Below are positions 20,072 through 30,284 of a stretch of DNA of 64,000 nucleotides, piece by piece. Where the stretch lies: the NCBI GenBank assembly GCA_021203145.1, contig JAJQBS010000086.1, forward strand, positions 8,343-72,342, given 5' to 3'. Every line of letters begins with the position of its first letter. Position 1 is the first letter of the stretch. The position numbers and the translations under genes were made by a program. The notes below the pieces were generated by a model. It saw nothing but the letters and a program-made list of their open reading frames with translations. It was not told where the DNA came from and did not search any database. This DNA is from Lachnospiraceae bacterium. Lineage in GTDB: Bacteria > Bacillota > Clostridia > Lachnospirales > Lachnospiraceae.

Positions 20072-21127
20072 TCACGACACCGTACTGCCTTCAATGATCC
20101 TGGTGGGCAGCTTCGTCCGGTACCGGATTTCCCTGCCATTAATCATATTCAGCAATATTTCCACGCATTTCTTTCCGTGTCCGAAGGGATCTGTCGACAG
20201 CGTTGTCAGGGGCTGCTCTACATAACGTCCTACATAAGAGCCGTCAATTCCAACAACGGAAACATCCTGCGGAATCCTTCGTCCAAGCTCACGCATACGC
20301 TTGCAGAACCCATATGCCATCTCATCATTGAAACAGACAACCGCCGTCGCGTCAGTTTTTCTTTTCAGAAAAGCATCGGCGGCATGCATCCCTTCTCCAA
20401 AAAAATCATCTTCTATGTAGGCATTCCGCCCGTTCTCACCTTCCTCCGGGGCCTCCGGCCTGTGGGAATCGAAATCCACGCTTTCACCGGTCAGTCCAAA
20501 AAAGTAATCCATCATCCGGTCCCCGGCCTCAGACACCATAAAACTCTTCCATGCCAGAAAGCGCGGACCGTTTTCCTCAAAAACATAAGGTGACACATAC
20601 GCAATCTTATGATGTCCATGGAGGATCAGATACTCTAAGAGCATATTCATTCCTTCCCACAGATCACATCCGACCACCGGAATGGATCTTGTAAAGGTAA
20701 CCGGATCATCATAGGTGGCAACAATGGCCGGAAGGAAATAATTTTTCCCTTCATTTCTCAAATATCTTTCCGCCACAATCGCGTCTGCTAAAATCAGGCC
20801 ATCGGTCATTAATTCCCGTATATTGCAAAAATTCAGGGAACCACAGACCGCCACGATATAATTCTGCTCCTCTGCAGCCCTGCACATGCCTTCATACAGC
20901 TCTGTATTGTACGCATTTTTTATGTTCTTGCTATAAAAAAGGATCTGCCGCGTCCTCTGCTGCATCAGAGACATCGCTTTCGGATTGGGAAAATATCCCA
21001 TCTTTTCCGCAATCTTTAAAATCTTCTCCCTTTTTTCCGCCTTGACGTATCCACTGTTGTTCAGCGCACGGGACACGACGGAAACAGAGACACCAGCTTC
21101 CCGGGCAATATCTTTTCTGGTAACCAT
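20072..21127 (-). CDS. LacI-family transcriptional regulator
   Basis: MVTRKDIAREAGVSVSVVSRALN; IPQDVSVVGID. Confidence 0.95.
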   Translation of the reverse strand: MVTRKDIAREAGVSVSVVSRALNNSGYVKAEKREKILKIAEKMGYFPNPKAMSLMQQRTRQILFYSKNIKNAYNTELYEGMCRAAEEQNYIVAVCGSLNFCNIRELMTDGLILADAIVAERYLRNEGKNYFLPAIVATYDDPVTFTRSIPVVGCDLWEGMNMLLEYLILHGHHKIAYVSPYVFEENGPRFLAWKSFMVSEAGDRMMDYFFGLTGESVDFDSHRPEAPEEGENGRNAYIEDDFFGEGMHAADAFLKRKTDATAVVCFNDEMAYGFCKRMRELGRRIPQDVSVVGIDGSYVGRYVEQPLTTLSTDPFGHGKKCVEILLNMINGREIRYRTKLPTRIIEGSTVS

Positions 21128-21333
21128 ATACAGTTCCTCATATTTTCCAAAGCGTATGTCCTATTCACCTGCATCCACTTTCTGAAATCCTTCTGTCCGG
21201 GAACAACAGGGTAAAAACATGATCATAATTTATCAAAAACAGATGGCATTCAGCCATGTTTGCTATCACTTTTGTACTTAAAATCTTTTTAAATTATATT
21301 CTCCCATTTATTATTTATCAATTCCTGAATATC

Positions 21334-21347
21334 TGGTCGCGCGACCA
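21334..21347. promoter_or_regulatory. Candidate LacI-type operator
   Basis: Perfect 14-bp palindrome TGGTCGCGCGACCA with central CG, upstream of the LacI gene. Confidence 0.4.
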
Positions 21348-21445
21348 TATGTGAAAATGCCCATATGGAGCCTCGTTCAGCCTCCCCGGTAAAGTTTCTT
21401 TTCACCGCGCGAAAAAAATGATGAATCTGTCATCCAAAAAATAGT

Positions 21446-21474
21446 TTTACAAACCGCTGAACCCGTCTTATAAT
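21446..21474 (+). promoter_or_regulatory. pyrC promoter
   Basis: TTTACA-N17-TATAAT. Confidence 0.7.
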
Positions 21475-21580
21475 GTGCTTGTCGGAATGTGAACGCGCTT
21501 ACGTGGTTTCGCCCGATAAGTCAGCGACAATACCGAAGTCATTTTAAGTCGATAAAGCCAAAAAGGAAAAATTTCTGGTA

Positions 21581-23125
21581 ATGATAATAAAAAATGGAAT
21601 GCTGATTTCCCCAGGTACCGGAGAAATGTATCGGGGGGATATAAAGATCAGAAATGGAAAAATCACTGAAATCAAAACGAATGACCCCCCAAACACAAGG
21701 ATTGGTTTAACCCGGAAGCCGGATGCCGGCGAAGGCTGCGGTGCCGGCAGCTGTATGGGTGAATCGAACCGCTCCGTTGCACCGGATCCGGACGTGGACG
21801 ATATCATCGACGCGTCCGGCTGTATCGTCGCCCCGGGCCTGGTCGACGTGCACGTCCACTTCCGTGATCCCGGCTATACGTATAAGGAAGATCTCCACAC
21901 CGGCGCCTGCGCAGCGGCCGCCGGCGGATTTACAACGGTTATCTGTATGGCAAACACCAATCCGCCCGTTGACAATCCGGCTACCCTTTCCGATCTGATT
22001 TCGCGCGCAGAGCACGAATCCGTGCGGATCCGGTTTGCGGCTGCCATTTCAAAAGGACTGCGAGGGAAAGAGCTGTCCGATTTTGAGACTCTCTCCGCCC
22101 TGGGCGCATGCGGATTTACCGACGATGGTATCCCCCTGACAGACCAGAAGCTCGTCGCAGCCGCCATGAAACGGGCGAAGGCTCTGCAGCTTCCGCTCTC
22201 GTTTCACGAGGAGGATCCCGATTTCATCGAAAAACCCGGCACCAACCAGAGTGCGCCGGCCATCGCGGAGGATCTCCTGGTTGCCAGGGACTGCATGCTC
22301 GCAAAATACACCGGGGCTGTGATTGATATCCAGCACATCAGCTCCGGCACCTCCGTAGAGCTGATCCGCACAGCAAAAAGGCTGGGCGCGCCCATCTTTG
22401 CCGAAGCCACGCCACATCATTTCTCGCTGACAGAGGACGCAGTGAAAAAATATGGCACTTACGCAAAAATGAATCCGCCGCTGCGCACAGAAGCCGACCG
22501 TCTTGCCATCATCGGCGGTCTGAAAGATGGCACCATCGACATCATCGCGACCGACCACGCGCCGCACAGCACAGCCGAAAAGCAGCGCGAAGACTTCTTC
22601 GCGGCGCCGAGCGGCATCATAGGGTTGGAGACATCGCTCGCACTGGGCATCACAAACCTCGTGCGCCCCGGCCACCTGACTCTGCTGCAGCTGCTGGAAA
22701 AAATGACGGTAAACCCCGCAAAGCTCTACCGGATCGACGATCAGGCTGTTCCTGGAGCTGTATCAGGCACCATTTTCCCGAAGGCTGCATCCTGCTCCAC
22801 TCCTTTTGCAGGAACAGAGCCTGTCCTTGCGAAGCCGGAGTCCTGCAAGGTATCAGACTCCTCAACCGGAAGTACGGAACCCTCCAGTCCGACCGCCGAT
22901 TATCAGCCACAGCCATACGGCTCCATCCGCCCCGGCTGCGTGGCCGACCTGGTCATTTTCAATCCGGACGAGACCTTCCTTGCCGGCAACTATCAGTCCA
23001 GATCCGAAAACTCTCCCTTCACAGGGATGAAACTGTACGGAAAAATTCACTATACCATCTGTGGGGGGAAAATCGTATGGGGAAACACGGTAGCTCATAA
23101 AGAAATCGCTGAAAAGGCCACGTAG
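21581..23125 (+). CDS. pyrC: Dihydroorotase with two low-complexity insertions
   Basis: DVHVHFRDPG, FHEED, KMNPPLR, IATDHAPH, ENSPF. Confidence 0.93.
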   Translation: MIIKNGMLISPGTGEMYRGDIKIRNGKITEIKTNDPPNTRIGLTRKPDAGEGCGAGSCMGESNRSVAPDPDVDDIIDASGCIVAPGLVDVHVHFRDPGYTYKEDLHTGACAAAAGGFTTVICMANTNPPVDNPATLSDLISRAEHESVRIRFAAAISKGLRGKELSDFETLSALGACGFTDDGIPLTDQKLVAAAMKRAKALQLPLSFHEEDPDFIEKPGTNQSAPAIAEDLLVARDCMLAKYTGAVIDIQHISSGTSVELIRTAKRLGAPIFAEATPHHFSLTEDAVKKYGTYAKMNPPLRTEADRLAIIGGLKDGTIDIIATDHAPHSTAEKQREDFFAAPSGIIGLETSLALGITNLVRPGHLTLLQLLEKMTVNPAKLYRIDDQAVPGAVSGTIFPKAASCSTPFAGTEPVLAKPESCKVSDSSTGSTEPSSPTADYQPQPYGSIRPGCVADLVIFNPDETFLAGNYQSRSENSPFTGMKLYGKIHYTICGGKIVWGNTVAHKEIAEKAT

Positions 23126-23158
23126 AAGACCCGAATATCTCACAAAAATTTTATAAAA

Positions 23159-23203
23159 GCAATCGGACAGGGGGAGTTCCCTCGCCCTGTCCGCCGCGCC
23201 AGG
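23159..23203. repeat. Solo hairpin copy of the 4688-4921 element end
   Basis: GCAATCGGACAGGGG...CCCTGTCCGCCGCGCCAGG; compensatory changes relative to copy 1. Confidence 0.7.
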
Positions 23204-23245
23204 CGGCGCAATATCACGTACCTCATACAGAAATAGCAATCTCCG

Positions 23246-23743
23246 TCATTTCTGCCGCCTCTGATAAAAATACAGCACAATCCTCTCCAGATACCGTTTC
23301 AGCACAATCTGAATCTCCTCCTTCGGATGAATCGGCTTTACCAGGATCGAATACAGGCCCGTGCGCCTCGCTCCCCACACATCCGTAAAAAGCTGATCCC
23401 CGACAAACAGCGTCGTAGACACAGACGTACCCATCCGCTTCATCGCCTTCTCATATCCCTTCCGGGAGGGCTTATGCGCGTCCTCCACAAAAAATACGTC
23501 AATCCCTTTATTAAACATCTCAACCCTCTCCCGCTGATTATTCGAAAGAAGGCAGCAGGCAAACCCCAGCGACTCCAGATATCCAAACAACGACCGGGAC
23601 CGCTCATCTGCCGGAGCCCCATGAGGCACCAGAGTATTATCAATATCAAAAATAATCCCCCGGAACCCCTTCTCATAAAACCCCGCGTAATCCACTACAT
23701 ACGCCGAATCCAGATACTCATCCGGGTAAAAACATTCCAGCAT
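23246..23743 (-). CDS. yqeG: YqeG HAD-IIIA phosphatase
   Basis: IFDIDNTLV, LLSNN, AHKPS, VGDQLFTDV; AAGGAG RBS. Confidence 0.92.
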   Translation of the reverse strand: MLECFYPDEYLDSAYVVDYAGFYEKGFRGIIFDIDNTLVPHGAPADERSRSLFGYLESLGFACCLLSNNQRERVEMFNKGIDVFFVEDAHKPSRKGYEKAMKRMGTSVSTTLFVGDQLFTDVWGARRTGLYSILVKPIHPKEEIQIVLKRYLERIVLYFYQRRQK

Positions 23744-23837
23744 AAAAACTCCTTTATCAGCACGGGCTTGTCCGAGGATGCCCTGTGGCAGGTCGCGCAA
23801 CAAAACAATAAACTCCCTGTGTCCGGTCGCCCGGACC

Positions 23838-26800
23838 TCACATAACATCAAACAGCGACAGCTGATTCGTCTCCGGCAGTCCGTCGAGTATTTTCAGATC
23901 TACAAGCAGATCCGTCATACTCTTGCCAACCTTCGCACGTGTCATAAAATCATCCTTGGACAAAAATTCCCCGTCTTTGCACGCGTCCACGATCGAGGCC
24001 GCCGCTTTTTCGCCAAGCCCGGAGATTGAGTTTAAGGACGGCATAATGTCGTCGCCGATGATCTGGAAGCGGGTAGCCTGCGCTTTGTAAATATCAATCG
24101 GGACAAAATTCAGGCCTCTCGCGTACATCTCCAGCACGCTCTTCATGTCTTTATAGGTATCCAGTTCCTTCTTGCTCAGCGAGTCCATCCGCTTTTCATA
24201 GTCCGCCATATGATAGAGCAGCTTTTCTTTGCCAAGGCACATCAGCTCATAGTCAAACCCTGACGCGCGGATGCTGAAGTAGGCGGCATAATAAGCCTTT
24301 GGATAATTAATCTTGCAGTAAGCGATCCGCCAGGCCATCATGACATAGGCGGCCGCATGCGCCTTCGGGAACATATATTTGATCTTCCTGCAGGACCAGA
24401 TGTACCAGTCCGGCACGTCATGCGCGGTCATTTCCGTTACCCACTCCGGCTTCAGTCCTTTTCCCTTGCGGACGCTCTCCATGATTGTGAAGGAAAGCTC
24501 ACTGTCGAGTCCCTTGCCGATCAGATAGATCATGATGTCGTCACGGGTGCAGATGGCCGTGGAAATGGTCGCCTTGCCCTCCTGGATCAGGGTCTGTGCG
24601 TTGCCAAGCCACACGTCAGTGCCGTGCGCCAGCCCCGCGATCCGTACCAGGTCGGAAAAATGGGTGGGCTTCGTATCGATCAGCATCTGCATGGCAAATT
24701 CCGTGCCAAACTCCGGGATGCCCAGGGAGCCGAGCGGCACGCCGCCGATATCCTCCGGCGTAATCCCAAGTGCTTCCGTGCTGGTAAACAGCGACATCAC
24801 CTGCGGATCATCCAGCGGAATCTCCTTCGGGTCCAGCCCGGTCAGATCCTCGAGCATGCGGATCATGGTCGGATCATCATGCCCCAGGATGTCCAGCTTC
24901 AGAAGGTTATGGTCGATCGAATGGTAATCAAAATGCGTCGTCACAATGTCGGTGGTCATATCGTTCGTAGGGTGCTGCACCGGCGTGAAGGAATAGATCT
25001 CCTCCCCGATCGGCAGGACGATAATCCCTCCGGGGTGCTGCCCCGTCGTGCGGCGCACACCGACACAACCCTGCACAATCCGGTCGATCTCACAGTTCCG
25101 CTTGTGGATATTGCAGTCCTCGTAATAGTTCTTTACATAGCCGAAGGCTGTCTTGTCCGCCAGTGTGCCGATCGTCCCGGCGCGGTAGGTCTGTCCCGCG
25201 CCAAATATCACCTCCGTGTATTTATGCGCCTTGCTCTGGTATTCGCCGGAAAAATTCAGGTCAATATCCGGCTCCTTATTTCCCTTAAACCCGAGGAAGG
25301 TCTCAAACGGGATGTCAAAGCCTTCCTTGTGCAGCTTTGTTCCGCACTTTGGGCAGATTTTATCCGGCATGTCACAGCCGGCCATCCCGGCATATTTTTT
25401 TACCTCCTCCGAATCAAAATCGCTGTAATGACAGCTCGGGCAGATGTAATGCGGGCTTAATGGATTCACCTCCGTGATGCCGGACATCGTCGCGACAAAG
25501 GAAGAGCCGACCGACCCCCGCGAGCCGACCAGGTAGCCGTCCGCGTTCGACTTCCACACCAGCTTCTGCGCAATGATATACATCACGGCGAAGCCATTGG
25601 AAATGATAGAATTCAGCTCTCTCTCCAGCCGTTCCGACACAATCGCCGGAAGCGGATCTCCATAGATTTCGTGCGCCTTTTCATAGCAGAGATTCCGCAG
25701 AATCTGGTCGGAATTTTCAATCACCGGAGGACATTTGTCCGGGCGCACCGGGGAAATCCGCTCACACATGTCCGCAATCTTATTCGTATTTGTGACTACG
25801 ACCTCATACGCCTTTTCCTCACCCAGATATGTAAATTCGCTCAGCATTTCCTCCGTCGTGCGCAGATACAGCGGCGCCTGCTCGTCCGAATCCTTGAAGC
25901 CGCGGCTGCCCATAATAATCCGGCGGTAAATCTCGTCCTGCGGATCGAGAAAATGAACATCACAGGTCGCCACCACGAGCTTGTGGTACTGTTCGCCCAG
26001 CTCCACAATCCTGCGGTTATAATTTTTCAGATCCTCGACGGTCTTTTTGTCCTCCGCGTCTTCCTTCGTCATAAACAGATTATTACCCAGCGGCTGGATT
26101 TCCAGGTAATCATAAAACTCGACCAGCCGCGCGATCTCCGGGGCAGACGCCCCCCGCACCAGCGCGCGGTACAGCTCGCCCGCCTCGCAGGCAGAGCCGA
26201 TCAGCAGCCCCTCCCGGTATTTTTGCAGCACACTCTTCGGGATCCGCGGGTGGCGGCTGTAATAATCAATATGCGACCAGGAAATCAGGCGGTACAGGTT
26301 CGTGCGCCCGACCTCGTTCGCAGCCAGGATAATCACATGATAAGTCGGCAGCTTTTTAATCTGATCCTTTGAGGAGCGCCCGAGCTCATTCAGCTGCGCA
26401 AGAGTAAAAACCTCCTGTTTTTGCAGCATCATCAGAAATTTTTCAAAAATTTCCGCCGTACAGCCCGCATCGTCCACTGCGCGGTGATGATGCGCCAGCG
26501 AGACGCCGACCGCCTTCGCCACGGTATCCAGCTTGAACCGGTTCAGAGCCGGCAGCAGGATGCGCGCCATCGCCACCGTATCCACGGACGTTTTGTCGCA
26601 CGGAATCCCCAGGCGGGCACAATTCTCTTCGATAAAGCTCATGTCAAAGGACGCGTTGTGCGCCACCATCACACAGCCGGAGCAAAATTCCATAAATTCC
26701 GGCAGGGCTGTTTCAATCGTCGGCGCATCCATGACCATGTCGTCATGAATGCTGGTCAGCTCCTCAATCCGAAACGGGATCGGCACCTCGGGATTGACAA

Positions 26801-28463
26801 AGGTACTGAACTTCTCCGTAATCTTCCCGCCCTGCACCTTAACCGCGCCAATTTCGATGATGCGGTTGTTCTGCGGCGAAAACCCGGTCGTCTCCAGGTC
26901 GAATACGACAAAATCCGCATCCAGGCTCTGCCCCTTTTCGTTGACCGCGATCTCCTTTAAGTCGTCCACGAGATAGCCCTCCACCCCATAGATCACCTTA
27001 AAATCGCTGTCCTTCGGTATCGCGTGGTTCGCGTCCGGAAATGCCTGCACATCCCCATGATCCGTAATCGCGATGGCTTTCTGCCCCCAGCTGATCGCCC
27101 TCGCAATAATATCCTTTACATCAGAGACGCCGTCCATATCGCTCATCTTTGTATGACAGTGGAGCTCCACACGCTTCTCTACAGCCGTATCTTCCCGTTT
27201 TTGCCGGAAATCCGCAATCTTTTTAATCCCCTGCACATTCCCGATTGTCAGCTGGCTGTCATAGCGGTCGATCGTGGTCACGCCCTTCAGGCTCAAAAAC
27301 GCGCCCGCCTGAATGCCTGCGGCCAGCTCGGCGGCCTCCTCTTTTTGCAGAAACATCTTGACGCCGATGGAATCCGTGAAATCCGTGATACTAAAAATAA
27401 ACAGCGTTTTTTCAATCCGGAGCTCCCGCTGCTCCACAGAGAGCACCTGCCCCCGCACAATCACGCTGCCGATCTCTCCACTGATCGTCTCAATCGCGGT
27501 CGGCTCGCCGTCAAAGTCTCTTCCGTACAGCACGTCAGGATTATCCGACTTTCGGTATCCGCTATGCCAGTCCGAGGAGGATCTTTTCGTCCGACTCCCA
27601 GAGCCGCCATTCGCACCTTTGGAAAAACCACTCCCATTTCCTGCAGCACTCTTCACGGAGACAGCCCTGTTTGCCATGTCACCGTTTCCGGTACCGCCGC
27701 TTTTGGTTTTGCCATTTCCGGTACTGCCATTCCTGGCACCGGCGCTTCCGGTATCGTCACTTCTGGTGTCATTATTCCTGACGCCGCTGCTTCTGATTCC
27801 ACCAGTTGTGGTGCCGCTCCCATCCGAAAATCCATCATCAGAAGAATCGCCTGCCTGCGCCGTGCCATCCCCCTGCTTCGCTCTGGTATAATTTCTGGTG
27901 ATCGCCTCGACCTCCTGCTCCATCTGAGCCTCGGCCTGCTCCAGGCGACGGCTTTTCACCGGAGCAATTCTCTCCGTGCTCACATGGAAATCCAGTCCAC
28001 AGCGCTCACAGAAGATTTTCTCCAGGATTTCAAGCAGCTCCTTCTCTTTTCCGTCTGCAATGACCGAATCCGGTATCTCCAGCAACAGCGTATTTTCATC
28101 CGTAAACTCCTTTTTCGCCTGGCGAAACAGGCTGTAAAGCAGGGCATTATACGCCTTCAGCTCCAGTGAGATGCTCTCCTCATAGAGCGGCATTAGCCTC
28201 TTTGGTGTATATTGCTTTGAAAGATGAAATTTTTCAATCACCTTGATCATCAGGTACGCGTCCGGAAAGAGCTGTCCTTTGATCTGCTCCTCCAGCTCCA
28301 GTACATAGTTCTTATAAATAAGCCGGTCACTCGCGATATAAACATGCATAAAATCGCGCCGGTGATTCATCGCGACGCGATCTACAGTCACATATTCCAG
28401 AATCCCTGCCAGGTCATCGCTCACCTCCAGCGTCGGGAATACTTCCGTAAATGACTTGCTCAT
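23838..28463 (-). CDS. polC: DNA polymerase III alpha subunit PolC
   Basis: PHP (ELHCHTKMS), exonuclease (FDLETTG), GSRGSVGSS, PDIDLNFSGEYQ, zinc finger CPSC/CPKC. Confidence 0.98.
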   Translation of the reverse strand: MSKSFTEVFPTLEVSDDLAGILEYVTVDRVAMNHRRDFMHVYIASDRLIYKNYVLELEEQIKGQLFPDAYLMIKVIEKFHLSKQYTPKRLMPLYEESISLELKAYNALLYSLFRQAKKEFTDENTLLLEIPDSVIADGKEKELLEILEKIFCERCGLDFHVSTERIAPVKSRRLEQAEAQMEQEVEAITRNYTRAKQGDGTAQAGDSSDDGFSDGSGTTTGGIRSSGVRNNDTRSDDTGSAGARNGSTGNGKTKSGGTGNGDMANRAVSVKSAAGNGSGFSKGANGGSGSRTKRSSSDWHSGYRKSDNPDVLYGRDFDGEPTAIETISGEIGSVIVRGQVLSVEQRELRIEKTLFIFSITDFTDSIGVKMFLQKEEAAELAAGIQAGAFLSLKGVTTIDRYDSQLTIGNVQGIKKIADFRQKREDTAVEKRVELHCHTKMSDMDGVSDVKDIIARAISWGQKAIAITDHGDVQAFPDANHAIPKDSDFKVIYGVEGYLVDDLKEIAVNEKGQSLDADFVVFDLETTGFSPQNNRIIEIGAVKVQGGKITEKFSTFVNPEVPIPFRIEELTSIHDDMVMDAPTIETALPEFMEFCSGCVMVAHNASFDMSFIEENCARLGIPCDKTSVDTVAMARILLPALNRFKLDTVAKAVGVSLAHHHRAVDDAGCTAEIFEKFLMMLQKQEVFTLAQLNELGRSSKDQIKKLPTYHVIILAANEVGRTNLYRLISWSHIDYYSRHPRIPKSVLQKYREGLLIGSACEAGELYRALVRGASAPEIARLVEFYDYLEIQPLGNNLFMTKEDAEDKKTVEDLKNYNRRIVELGEQYHKLVVATCDVHFLDPQDEIYRRIIMGSRGFKDSDEQAPLYLRTTEEMLSEFTYLGEEKAYEVVVTNTNKIADMCERISPVRPDKCPPVIENSDQILRNLCYEKAHEIYGDPLPAIVSERLERELNSIISNGFAVMYIIAQKLVWKSNADGYLVGSRGSVGSSFVATMSGITEVNPLSPHYICPSCHYSDFDSEEVKKYAGMAGCDMPDKICPKCGTKLHKEGFDIPFETFLGFKGNKEPDIDLNFSGEYQSKAHKYTEVIFGAGQTYRAGTIGTLADKTAFGYVKNYYEDCNIHKRNCEIDRIVQGCVGVRRTTGQHPGGIIVLPIGEEIYSFTPVQHPTNDMTTDIVTTHFDYHSIDHNLLKLDILGHDDPTMIRMLEDLTGLDPKEIPLDDPQVMSLFTSTEALGITPEDIGGVPLGSLGIPEFGTEFAMQMLIDTKPTHFSDLVRIAGLAHGTDVWLGNAQTLIQEGKATISTAICTRDDIMIYLIGKGLDSELSFTIMESVRKGKGLKPEWVTEMTAHDVPDWYIWSCRKIKYMFPKAHAAAYVMMAWRIAYCKINYPKAYYAAYFSIRASGFDYELMCLGKEKLLYHMADYEKRMDSLSKKELDTYKDMKSVLEMYARGLNFVPIDIYKAQATRFQIIGDDIMPSLNSISGLGEKAAASIVDACKDGEFLSKDDFMTRAKVGKSMTDLLVDLKILDGLPETNQLSLFDVM

Positions 28464-28481
28464 GCCAAACTCTTCCTCCTG

Positions 28482-30161
28482 TCACACAATCTCAATTTTA
28501 CAATGATGATCTTTCTTCTTCCTGTCATATCCGATTCCAACCAGCAAAATACGACCGGTATGGCGCTTTTTCTCCGCCATTTTTCCCTGAAATTTAAGCA
28601 CATACTTTCGATCCCTAATCTGCCTGATCGCCGCCTCCGGTGTGTCGTCAACCTTAAGCTCCAGAATAATTCCATCGTCGCCCGGAGTTTCCGGATAGAA
28701 TATAAAATCGGTATAGCCTTCCCCCGCTTTATCCTCCCGTTCTACATAATAGCTGTCTCGTGCAGCCAGATAGACAAGATTCACGATCGCAGTCAGTTCA
28801 GTCTCATCATTATAGTCCAATAAAGGCGTTTCTGTATCGTGAGCAAAGGAAAGAACTTCTTCCATCGTCCTCGTATCACCCTTCCGTGTTGCCCTGAGCA
28901 TACGGTCGGATTCCACTGCAAGACGGTTAATATAGCCAAGTTCTTCCCTTTCCCGGATCGTTTTTGCGAATTCATCCATCAGTTCTTTATTCGGGATACG
29001 AACTTTCCCATTTTCATAATTTAAAAATCCATATACCACCATCGCTGAAAAGATTTCATTGCGTGTGGTCAATTTCATTGACGTAGCTGCAAATTCTTCC
29101 ACATCCGCTTTGACCGATTCTCCCGCAACCAGCAGTGCGACATCTTTCCTGATATCCGCTCTGTCGTTCCTGATGTAAGCTGCAATCTCTGAATATGGTC
29201 CGGATGTGGTCCAGTAGCTGGCCAGACAATTATTAGTTAAAGCAAACACCACAGAGCGTGGATTATACAGTTTCGCCCCGCCTGCCATGTGATAACCATC
29301 GTACCAGGTTTTAAGGTCATCCCTTTCAATTGCCGGGAACTTTTCCATTCTTAAATAACGGTCATATAATAAATCTACCTCCTCCTCCGTAAATCCAAAA
29401 TACTCACTAAATTTGGGTTGAACTGTCATCGTATATTCCTGAAAATTATTGATAGTCGAACCGCTGGAATATTTCGCAATAGGAAGAATGCCTGTCATAT
29501 AGGTTAACGAAACGTATCCTGTATCCTTTGTCAGGGCAGCAAGCCAGTTGATAAAACTTTTTCGGTCTTCATTCGTAATATATTCTTTATGAAAAATACA
29601 GTCCCATTCATCCAATATTAATATAAAATTCTCTCCGGTCTCTTCGTGAACGACTGCCATATCTTCAATAGGAGAAGCCTCTTCCCAAAAATCAGCTTCA
29701 GGATACTCTTTATGAAGGTCCTTTGATAAAGCTTTCTCAATCCGTTTGATAAAATCCGGATAATTTCTGCTTAAATTTGCAGGTTTAATGAAATTAATAT
29801 AAATCACGTTATGCTGATTCATATACTTTCGATAATCATATCTCACCGTATCATTCTGAGAATCCGAAGATGGCGTCTCGTTTGTAAAAGAGCCATCTGC
29901 GTCCTCTGTGGAATAATCAGCAATCTTGAGTGTATCAAAAATGGTGCCGCCATTCTGCCCTTTGCCAAAAAAAGCCCCCACCATTGCGGCCATCACTGAT
30001 TTTCCAAAACGTCGTGGTCTGGTGATGCAGATATGGTTATTTCCCTGATCCACCAGTGGAATCAATTCCCTCAGCATAGCTGTTTTATCCACAAAATAGG
30101 GCTTCTTCGTTTCACTTTCATAGAGAGAGAACGCCTGTGAGCTGTTCAAATAGTATCCCAT
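28482..30161 (-). CDS. AAA-ATPase-like protein with C-terminal PD-(D/E)XK nuclease-like domain
   Basis: RPRRFGKS, ILDEWD, LYNPRSV, GYTDFIF...ILELK. Confidence 0.85.
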   Translation of the reverse strand: MGYYLNSSQAFSLYESETKKPYFVDKTAMLRELIPLVDQGNNHICITRPRRFGKSVMAAMVGAFFGKGQNGGTIFDTLKIADYSTEDADGSFTNETPSSDSQNDTVRYDYRKYMNQHNVIYINFIKPANLSRNYPDFIKRIEKALSKDLHKEYPEADFWEEASPIEDMAVVHEETGENFILILDEWDCIFHKEYITNEDRKSFINWLAALTKDTGYVSLTYMTGILPIAKYSSGSTINNFQEYTMTVQPKFSEYFGFTEEEVDLLYDRYLRMEKFPAIERDDLKTWYDGYHMAGGAKLYNPRSVVFALTNNCLASYWTTSGPYSEIAAYIRNDRADIRKDVALLVAGESVKADVEEFAATSMKLTTRNEIFSAMVVYGFLNYENGKVRIPNKELMDEFAKTIREREELGYINRLAVESDRMLRATRKGDTRTMEEVLSFAHDTETPLLDYNDETELTAIVNLVYLAARDSYYVEREDKAGEGYTDFIFYPETPGDDGIILELKVDDTPEAAIRQIRDRKYVLKFQGKMAEKKRHTGRILLVGIGYDRKKKDHHCKIEIV

Positions 30162-30284
30162 ATGTCTGCCGCCTCCTCACTCTGACATTTCTCAAGATCT
30201 ATACTAAGAGCATCAATTATCATTCCAAGCTTCCCCAGTTCTTCCCATAATGCCGGCAATCATTTCTCAACTTTGCAATGGTAA

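Noticed and set aside
16279-28169. Long antisense ORFs (16279-17289, 18951-20225, 24357-25460, 27024-28169)
   Set aside because: Shadows of GC3-biased genes on the opposite strand; no RBS or recognisable motifs.
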